Assembly (NCBI RefSeq): GCF_000143415.4
Contig: NW_003314338.1
Location: 548,218-612,217 of the forward strand
From: Selaginella moellendorffii
Taxonomy: Eukaryota; Plantae; Lycopodiophyta
Reading direction: 5' to 3'
Length of the DNA stretch: 64,000 nucleotides
The translations under genes and the position numbers were made by a program. The notes below the pieces were generated by a model. It was not told the DNA's origin. It searched no databases and saw only the letters and a list, made by a program, of their open reading frames with translations. Within the stretch, counting starts at the first letter, position 1, and each line of letters starts with the position of its first letter. Positions 26,836-36,930 of this stretch are shown piece by piece.

Positions 26836-28284
26836 TCAAACTTCTGGTCCATCTTTCATAGCCGTATACATCAAGGAGGCATTGGGCCTGTCACTCTGAG
26901 ATAGTACACCTTTCAACTGGCTAACATAACATACCAGATGAATTTTCACCCCAGCTAGCAGCCACACCCGATAAGCCGCTTTACCAATGCGCTCCAACAC
27001 TTCATATGGATCAACATATTGATGGGAAAGTTTATCACTCTTCCCTATCCGTAAAGGCACCAAGGTGTTCTGCCGCTCACTTGACGGAAAGATCATTCGC
27101 ACAAAGACGAGATCACCCACCTTATATTCTCGGAATTAGCGATGCTCATTGGAAAACTTCTCCACTCTATCCTAAGCTACTTGCAAATTTCGTTTGCACA
27201 CCACCAGAATCTCATCAAGTTTTGTGGCCAAATCAATTGCCTCGGAATCAAGCTTATCTTGAACATCCTTACTCAAATGCAAGCCCAACTTCACCACTGT
27301 TCGAGGATGCTTTCCAAACATGGCAAAATAAGAACTTATCTTAGTTCCACTATGTTGGCTATTGTTGTAAGCAAATTGCACCAATGGAAGATATAAATCC
27401 TACTGTCCTTGCCTTTGACCAATGCTACAACGTAGCATATCCTCCACCACCTAATTCACACGCTCGGTTTGCCCATTCGTCTAAGGATGATCTCCACTCG
27501 AGAGTTTCAAAGTCACTTGCATAGCCTTTACAAAGCTTTTCCAAAATCCACTGGTGAACTTTGAATCTCAATCACTAATTATGTCCTCTGGCAAACCAAA
27601 ATCAGGAAAAACCTTCTCCAAGTAAACTGTAGCTAAATCTGAGGCAGTGACAGTCTTCCGAAGAGCCAACAACCACATATACTTCGTCAACTGATCCACT
27701 ATGACCCATATTTGCTCCTTTTGCCTCTGTATTGGTGGCAAATAAGTGATGAAGTCCATAGAAATACTACACCAACAGCTCTGAGGAATAGGTAAAGGTT
27801 GCAAAAGTCCCCCCAGCTTCTCTCATGGCATCTTAACCTGCTGACAAAGCTTGCATGAGTTACAATACTTGAGGATATCAACCTTCATATTCCTCTAATA
27901 AAAGTTGCGTTTAATCAACTTATACATCTTCTTCCCCCCAAAATGACCGGCCTCTAGACGATCATGATAGTGGAATAAAACTTGAGTAATTAATGCATCC
28001 ACCTGTGGCAAATATACATGGCCATTGTAGTAGAGAATCCCATCCACCAATGAGAAAGTGGCTTCCATCTGGTCTCACAAAAAGGCCACTTTAACATCCT
28101 GAACTTAAGCATGCCCAACCAACTGCCCAAACTTGTTGACCATCTTACTCAAATGATGACAAAATTGTGTTTGTAACGTCGTCACATGATGAACACGAGA
28201 TAAAGCATCTGCTACCACATTTGATTTTCCTGGACAATGCTCAATAGGAAACTCCCCAAACTCCATGAGTTTGACCATCTAACG
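26836..28284 (-). pseudogene. Gypsy pol 3' part: RNase H end, integrase and GPY/F region (stops and frameshifts)
   Basis: PGKSNVVADALSR, QPLPIPQSCWCSISMDFITYLP, GLPEDIISD, QFAYNNSQH and KLSHQYVDPYEVLERIGKAAYR. Confidence 0.9.
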
Positions 28285-28288
28285 AGTT

Positions 28289-28312
28289 AAGCTCTATTTC
28301 GTTAAAGTGGGA
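28289..28312 (+). repeat. Left TIR AAGCTCTATTTCGTTAAAGTGGGA
   Basis: Exact reverse complement of 40665-40688. Confidence 0.97.
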
Positions 28313-28730
28313 ATTGTCATTATCCCACTTGTAAAATAAGGTTTCCAAACCTTTATATAGTATATAAATATAACAAAATTCAACTGCATTGAGGCACATG
28401 CCATTTTATTTTAAACAAGGAAATGTCTACTCAATCACTTCTCCTCCCCCTGCCACTGCTTCACCTCTCTCTTCTCCTTGTCATCGTCGTCCAATTTCTT
28501 TCCATCCTTTTAATATTGGCTCAGTTGCTCCGAGTCTAGGTGGAGCCCAAGTCCCCATTCAATCTTTACTTTCCCATTATTAATAAAACAACTTCGTAGA
28601 CTTCCAATAACATGCTGTAACACTTCTAGTATAATGCAAATCCTCTCAAAGAATTGTCTTTTAATATTAATACAATGGCATGGAACCCCATGCCATAATA
28701 AGTTACATTTTTAAATAAATACATGCCATC

Positions 28731-31700
28731 TCAGACTGTTATTTTTTGCCTCCGACGCCTATACAATAATCTTGGAATTTCATCACTCTCCACACTATCA
28801 GGATTTAAACCCAATAGTAATGCCATCTCTTCTCTAATACGTCCACGCTCATGTTCAGTGGTCGAAGAACCCATCTGGTTGAGCAGATTATGGAGATGCG
28901 GATAGTGCTTGGCTAGACAATATACATGCCATAAATGATGACTGGTGACTGTCCGATCAAATGGCTTCTGATATACCGTTCCATCTGCCATTTGGTTGAT
29001 TTCTGCAGCCACCTCCTGGACTGGCCGGTTCTCTATCACCATCGCTCCAAGCCGTTTTGCAACGTCCCCCAGAACATACGGTTTCTTCTCCCTAGTTTCC
29101 ATACTGCAAGAGATGGGGTGCACTGCATATGTGTGCATGTTCGCTGCAGTTTTAATCGGCGAGTCATCGATGATGAGGATTTCACTTGAGCTAGCAGTCC
29201 GGTTCATCACTACAGCCTCTGGCTTGACGAAGATGGGCTTGCTACCCCTCACATGGACCATAGTCAAGCAATCCTCCTGCGTTAGGAGAAAGTCAAATGG
29301 TAATATTACTCGCGTCTGATCGTGCATCATCTGTAGCAACGTTAATGCATTGTGGTGCATCATGGATGTCCAAACTCCCAATTGCAAATTGAACCCGGCC
29401 CTCTGTTTTAAGTGTCGCATGGTCATTATTAGATCCCGCAGTTTCTCCCGTGTGATTAATGTGAATCTGTCTCTTTTGACCAACTTGCGACCGCAGGCTT
29501 TGGAGGGTGCAATGACATTCGAGGACGAGCCACGCTCATGGGAGAAAAGGACACCGTTCAGATCAAAAACGATATAGTACCTTCGCCGTGACTCTGAAAT
29601 GAAATGCGTCAGCATAAAAAATGGTACAAGTCAATTTTACCATCTACAATATTAGCGAATGTTGCTCCCGATGGTCGTTGAGAGGGTTTTGGTCGAGGAA
29701 ACGTGAAGGGCGGAAATACTCTCCTCTGCAATGTGGGGTCAATCGCATCCGATGGCGTGTGGGCACATGCCATTTCAGCTGTAGACTCTGGTACAACTGG
29801 CTCAACAGTGGCATGGGGTGGTTCCGATGGCGTGTGATCACACTCCATTTCAGCTGGTGCCTCCGTTGGCAAAGTGGACATGACCGAACAGGCAGCAGGG
29901 GCGGTGTAGGGAGGTTCCAACGGCGCGTAGTCAGACGATTGGGCACACGTTGAGTCCGTTGGAAATGAGGATACGACCGGCTCGGCGGCTGGGGCGGCCT
30001 CATGTGGGTCCAATGGCGCCTGGTCACCGTCAGTTGGATACGTGGACAAGATTGACTCAGTGGTATGGGCAGCATCAAGTGGAGCGTGGTCAGCTTGCTT
30101 GGCATTGATATGGATAGTAGCCTCCACCAGCTCTGATGACTCTTGCAGCCAAGTAGAGTCCACTGGCGGATCCATATGCATGTCCAAATATCTCCCTTCG
30201 ATTGAGATGGTATCCTCCCGTGCTACTAAAAACAAACTCATTAGCACATTGAATCGACTATACTGTATTTACCATCAACTGCTATTGAGGAACTAGGACC
30301 GATATCACTTGGGCGCACTGCTGATTCTGAAGGATTGGACATACGTTTCGACCCTTGCTTGGCACTATCCTTCCTCGACACTAAAGGCTAGAGTTTGTAA
30401 ATTCAACTGAATAATCTCTACTTACCATTTGCTCTGCGACCTACATGGACAATGTTAGAAATGGTAAAAGGTTAGGAATGGATGTACTATTATTTACCTG
30501 ATGGTTTGTCTTGTATGACCTTCCTCCGCTGCTCTTTGGCCACCTCAGGCTGGCCATCGTCGTCATCATCGTCGTCGTCGTTATTGTGATTGTCACCATT
30601 GTGAGGACCATCCAAGTCCTCTTCGTCCTCCTCTTCTTCGTCCTCCTCTTCTTTGTCCTCCTCTTCGTCCTTCTGCTCTTCCTGCTCATTATCTTTCTCT
30701 GGCTCCTCATCCCCCTCCTGCATTTCTTCCATAGGCTGCTCAGGCTGGATGGCTTGTTCTTCCAGGACCATCTTGGGAAAATCATCTGGCCGAGTCTCCA
30801 TCTCAAAATACAAGACATCCATAGCCTGTTTTAGTGCGTGACCTAGGACCGTATCCTCACCCGACTGTCTTAACATGGTTTCTGCACGTTCTTGCACCCT
30901 TCGAAGACGACGAGATGAGAAAAACGTGGCCCTGACTTGAAAAGCTTCCCTCATCCATTGTACCTCTCCATTGAGATTGGGGAAGGGGAGTCCGCCATAG
31001 GAATCTGAGTCATGAGGTGGTGACTGCCTGCTTTCACTCAGCCCTTGATCTGCAATGAATGGCATGAGCACACACGCCATAACCGCGAGGCATTACCTAT
31101 CATCTTTTCATTGCCCTTCTTCCTTTTCGAATCAAACACCTCTGATCTCGACGACTGTCCAACGTGCTTTCGCTTTTTATGACCACTGTCAGTTTGAGCT
31201 TGGCTGGTGCTTGCCTGTTTTGCCTTTGAAGAAGTTTCTCCTGCAAGGAATGGCATGAGACCACATGCCATTGCAAATATAATTTGTACCTCCTTTTTTC
31301 CTATTGCTTGTCTGTTTGTCCTTCTTCGATGCGCCACCAGTGTGCTTTTCAGTCCTCGTGTCTGAATATTCACAACGATCTATAATCAAAATGGCGTGAG
31401 GCCTCACGTGACCTTACCTTGTGCAGGTTGTGAGCTCGGCCCAACATGGGTATCTTCAACAGTAGCTGTTAACGCCGTTTCAGCATCTGGGGGTGGCCAC
31501 GCTCCTGCATACAGAGCTTGTGAGATAACATTTAAACTTAAAGTGTGTACTCACCAGGTTCGCAGAGAAGATACTGTTTTTCTTTGGCAACTGTAATTAT
31601 ATGCTCCATTGAAGTCACCTCTTCAATGGAGTTTGTCACCGCAACACACGGGACACCCTTGAGTAGTGCGGCTCAAAAGAATAGTCCGCCGCAGTTGTAC

Positions 31701-34111
31701 TCGACAACGCATTTGCCCTTGGAGTCGGAAGCAGGTGACCCACCCGCTATTGCGTTGAAGACCCAGCTGAGCATTTCCCATGCTGCACCTGGAGCTTTCT
31801 TTGGATTTGAAAGCTCCATAGCCGTCTTTAGTTCCTCAGGCACGGGTAAATTGACCTCCCTCAGATCAATTTGATTGGCCTTGTCGAACGAAGCTGGGAA
31901 GTCACTCCAGTCCCACTCTGCTACAGGACCAATAACAAGGGCGAGTGTGAAGATGCGGACATTCGTCGGTATCTTCTTCTTAGCCATTATCCCATGGATC
32001 TCCCACATCTCCTTGCCTTTCAACCGAGCCTTCACCTCGTTCAAGGCCTTCCAGAACTTGTGATAGGATTCGGAGTCGTAGATCATATAGTGGACTGAAG
32101 ATTCCACCTCCGCAAGTCCCACCATTAAGTCAATGATGGAGCTGACTTCGTCTGCATGAGTGATCTCCTCGTTTGTGAAGTCCATCACACAAAAGATGTT
32201 CTTGACCTGCTCATCTCCGCGGGAAACGATGCTCCTCCACCTTTGATCCTCATCCGAATTCAAGTATACCCGGTAAGGTTCTCGATAGGCCTCTGCTGCG
32301 GGGTCGAGCTGTTTCTGAAGCCGGCGGTCGACATCAATCTTAATGAAATTTGGATACTGATCCAACTTCTCAGCTTTACTTTTCGTGGCATCCCGCAGCA
32401 GATCGATGAACTTGGGGGCCCCCTTCACGTACTCGTCGATGTCTTCATTTGACAACTCCAGCGCTTCCATCATCTCTTGCATGGTGTCGATGCTCACCCT
32501 CTCCACGGCCACTTGCTCGAAGATCCAATCCTTCAATAGCGCACGAGCTCTCAGAGTCGTGCACAAGTCCTCATATGTCACAATATGGCCGGGAGTCATT
32601 TTGGTCTTGTTGAAGACTACCTCACCACGTAGAAGAGCATTAGCCACTGTCAGAAGGTCGTCGTCGTCTAGAGACCGCGAGAAACGCAAGGCATTGAGCT
32701 TCAAATCATTGGGCTTCCGGCCGTCCTCCACACCCATTGAGTTTGGCAACTCCCCGTCATGGTACCTCCTCAGCACATCTACCCATTTGTCAAAAACAAC
32801 TTTTGTCGCGAGTAGAATGTTATGGATGCTGAGTGTGTCATTGACCCCCAGTGTTTTCGAGAGAAGACTCGAGAATTCCTGCAATGGAAATGGCGTGAGG
32901 CCACATGCTATGCCACATGCAACGAGGCTTACCTGCCAGGCGCTAGTTGCTAGTGCACGTCCTTGTCCTGGTTTTTGTGGCTTCTTCAGTTGAACCCAAA
33001 GCTTCCGTGTTCGTGCCAATGTCTCGTGCAGACCCGATTTGTAGCACGTTTCTTGCTTGACATTCTGCGCGTGGGAGATGTATATGATAGATCGGAGGGG
33101 CGAGTTGCCTTTTATCAGGCGGACAACTCTTGTCTTGAAGACTTTCTTCACCTCCTCGCCCACCATAATATCCACAACTATCTCTTGCATCGCCAAGCTA
33201 GAATGCTGCCCGGAGACGCCATAGAACCAGATGTTCTGATCGTCCAACACCTTCCTATTGATCAAGTCTGGAAACCTCGTCTCGCCCTTCATTGTTCGGT
33301 AGTAGGGGATCACGTCTGCGATGTCGGGTGTTACTGGACTTGCCAGCATCTTCTGCTTCAATTTCTCCACCCACTCATCAGATACTAGCCTGTGGTTGTA
33401 TTTGCTTTGGATGTCGATACGGCTCACGTCGATTGTATATACTTTGTTGGAATAGTAACAAGTACTATTATCTGCGACGATTTTTGCTGCCTCTTCTTGC
33501 TCTTTCTGCTCTTTGTGGCTCTTCTTTTTGGTGGGTGTAGTGTTCGAACCCGAGGCAATGGCATCACTGAGTAGCTTCTTTTTTGGAGCAGGAGAGTCGG
33601 ACGTCGGCTTGAGCTTGACCACCCTTTTCTGCTTCGAGGTAGTTTCCAGATCGACCCCCTTCCCCTTTGCTTCGCGAACTGGAGTCACTCTCAACGGCTC
33701 AATGTTGGAATATAGTTTTTGAACATCGCCGTAGGTGAGGTCTGTGGATTCCATGTGATCTTCATAGACCCGCAGCGTCTTTGAAATTGTGGGCCTCCTG
33801 GACAACCTCTCCCTAGCTCCCTCTAGGAATTCCTCATAGCCGCTGCCCCCCTCCGGGAAGCCGCTAGGATGTGTAAGGTGGATCTTGAAGGCAGACGCTG
33901 TCTCTACCAGAAGTGCCAGTCCATATTCTTGCATGGAACTGCATGGAGTGTCTGTCACTTGGATGAGGATCCCCATGCATTCTTTTCTCCCACCATCTAT
34001 GTTGTACAGCCTCAGATCCTCGCCTTCCATCCCGAAAGTCCAACTGGTGAGCTCCTCCCCCTTCTCTGCATCCACATTGACAGTGGCTGGAAGAAGAACG
34101 CAATTCCTCGC
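28731..34111 (-). CDS. Transposon cargo gene: ParB/Srx-like + degenerate DNA-MTase-like fold + acidic/disordered linker + FCP1/NIF-like HAD phosphatase domain; one in-frame TGA; 5' exon(s) unresolved
   Basis: GT-AG introns at 32879-32932, 31505-31554, 31380-31417, 31241-31289, 31050-31096, 30441-30497, 30381-30425, 30226-30272 and 29594-29640 join six listed ORFs into 1,649 codons in one frame, with a single internal TGA at 31673-31675. Motifs: NHRLVSDEWVEKL...GVSGQHSSLA; CVVEYNCGGLFF*AALLKGVPCVAV; IVFDLNGVL...VWTS...ILIIDDSPIK. Confidence 0.8.
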
Positions 34112-35581
34112 CTGTTCAGAAATGCACAACAATTAGAGCTGACAGATGAAAAGCTAGTAGCTGGAAATAACGTGAGGCCACACGCCATTCACCACTGCAT
34201 CAGATGTCTTGAGGCTGCATCCTAAGATGGCGTGAGGCTACACGCCATCTGTAACCGGACTGCACTCGAGAGCCCAATCGGTGCATGCCAATGTTGCTAC
34301 TGAATGGCATGTGGCCTCATGCCATTTTCTACTTGGCCTAAAAGACTTACCATTTGAAGCCGAATGGAGGCGTGACAACCGGACTCGCTGGCGAATGTGC
34401 ACTGTGTGTGCAGCGGATCGTAGCAGCAAGGCTACTCTGCCACTTACAGTTGGAGAGTGGCGCTGAAATCTCCCGGGACGCCAAGTGGGCTGCGTGTGGG
34501 TGGCGGAGTGGGCGGCGGAGTTGGCGGCAAAGTTACAAACTGGGTGTGTCTTGAAGTGGACACCGATGCACACGAGCGCGATGCGAGCGCGAGTGTGATG
34601 CAAGCACGAGTGGACGCCGATGCACACGAGAAACCTGTAGAGAAGTGGGAGCGCGAGTGGGAGCGCGATGCGAGCGCGAGTACAAAGCAAAATGCAAAAC
34701 CTAACCTCACACGCGCGAAATGTCACGACGGTTGGTAATCCCGCCACGTCATCATTCCTCGGACTTGGGCGCCACCATTAATTTCTGGATCGCCGCGCGC
34801 ATGCGTGAAATCCAAAAGAAATCCGCAACGTCATCATTCCTCGGACTGCATGCACGCGAAATCCAAAAGAAAGATCATGATTAGGATATCATTTAATACC
34901 CTCGCTATATTTATACCATGCATGATTGGATATTCTAAAGCATCTTGTATTTCCAAAAATGCCAGATGTTCAGCTAAATAAATTGTCAGAGGATTTGATG
35001 TGACATTCAAGCGTGTGGGCTCATGCAATTTTGATCCCAAAAAATGCACCAAAAAATGCTCGGTGTCATCTGGCGTTATCTCTTGAATGGCGTGGGGCCG
35101 CATGCCATTTTCAGGAGCACATAGGAGTATATTCCTAGAATATTCTAACACGCGCGAGATTGTTTTGAGTTTCCTGGAGATCCAACCGTTAGATCGCAAC
35201 TAGATTTTACAGAATGGTATACAATGTCCTTCTTGATGACCCTGCAAAGAAGCATCTCGATCGGACACCACATGAGACCACACGAGCTTTACAATGTTTC
35301 AGGGGCATTTGCCATAGATCCGACCGTTATTTTGCTCCAAGATTCTACAGTTTGGTGTGCATTGACCTTTCCATCGACACTGCAAAGGGACATCACAATC
35401 AGATGCGGGATCACAAGAAACCAACTTCACTAACTCTGGTTTCACCAAGATCTATGTAAGGAGTTATGAAATGAAAGGACCCTCTCTATTGAAATGTGTT
35501 TATGGTCCTAAGGGCATTGTGACATATCAAAGGATTTTGCATCAAGTTCTGTATTTGCATGTTTATCAAGCTACTGAATTG

Positions 35582-35614
35582 CTAAACCCTAAACCCTAAA
35601 CCCTAACCCTAAAC
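35582..35614 (+). repeat. Interstitial plant telomere-type repeat (CCCTAAA)~4.5
   Basis: ctaaaccctaaaccctaaaccctaaccctaaac. Confidence 0.9.
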
Positions 35615-36660
35615 ATGTGGCAAATGCTGCGTGAAGAAAGATGCCCTTTCTAAGCAAATGCTGTAAGAGGCAGATTCCGAGCAGATGTATCTCAGGCCAG
35701 CGAAGGGGACAAACGAAAGCTAGCTATAAACATGACGGGATGCAAATAGATTACTAGGCTGGTCCTGCGAAAATCAAAAACCATAATTGAAAACATTGAA
35801 AATGCAAAAAGAAATGTTTATAATATTTTTGAATTTTAAGCAACCAAATGAATGTAAGTAGGGCATGTGTTTGTAAGTTTAAAAATGCCTCAACCACTTA
35901 AATTCCCAAGTAAATAAAGCTGTTTCTATTTTTGGTACAGGTAAACTTTATAGCGTGTGGGCTCATGCAATTTTGAACCCAAAAATGCACCAAAAAATGC
36001 TCGACTAGCATTATTCTTTGAATGGCGTGTGGCCTTATATTGCCATAAATGGACGTACACACACAGCATAATTATTCCTTTACACGGCGAATAATCTTGG
36101 CGCGGATCGCTGACATGGCATGGCAAAGTTTGAATCACTGACATAGCACAGCTGGATCAAGGCAAGGACATGATGTGACAAAGTTCAACCTCCGACAGCA
36201 AAGTCTAGAAGCTACTCAGTTTGAAATTTGTCAGAGGAATCATAAGATCTGGTTTGTCAGAGGATTTGATGTGACGTTCAAGCGTGTGTTATTTTTGAAT
36301 TCTCGAACTCATTCCTAGGTCTATCATTTTTGTGCGCCGTGTTCTTGGTTCCGCTAAGCGTAGTGAGCGCTGCTTGTGTAAGCGGCGTTGTGAGCTGTGG
36401 TTTATGCGTCTACGAGCGGTTGCGGCATTGCGAGCGCCATTGCGAGTGGCAGTTTATGCGAGTGGCAGTTTGTGCGAGCGGCGCTACGAGCAGTTGCGGT
36501 GTTGCGAGTGGCGCTACGAGTAGTTGCGGTGTTGCGAGCGGCACTATCTTTGGTGTGGCTACCGCTTCCTCTTGATATTCGGCCCAAGATGGCATGTGGC
36601 CTCATGCCATTTCTAAATGTGGTCCTAAACCATTCCATGGTGAACATACTAGGAAGCTGC

Positions 36661-36722
36661 TGCAACTGTATATATTTTTGTATGGGTGACTAGTCACGCA
36701 CACAAAAATATATACAGTTGCA
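36661..36722. repeat. 62-bp near-perfect palindrome upstream of the transposase
   Basis: Perfect 21-bp outer arms (tgcaactgtatatatttttgt / acaaaaatatatacagttgca), two mismatched pairs inside, centred on GTGACTAGTCAC. Confidence 0.92.
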
Positions 36723-36930
36723 ACAAGGCAAAAGGAATATAGCAACAGGCTAGCAGGGGCCAAAGATAGCGTGAGGCCTCATGCCAATTTTGTGAATGCG
36801 AAATTTCACGTGGGTGTCAATAGCATGTTTGAATAATGGCATGTGGCCTCATGCTATTTGGTATGTTATGATTTAGGCCATTCTCCAATCATTTTTTGTA
36901 TGGTCTTAACTTCTTTTCTGCACTTTCAGA

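Noticed and set aside
34238-34747. 169-aa and 88-aa ORFs as separate cargo genes
   Set aside because: Translations of CpG-rich repeats in the probable leader/promoter; a small 5' exon cannot be excluded.
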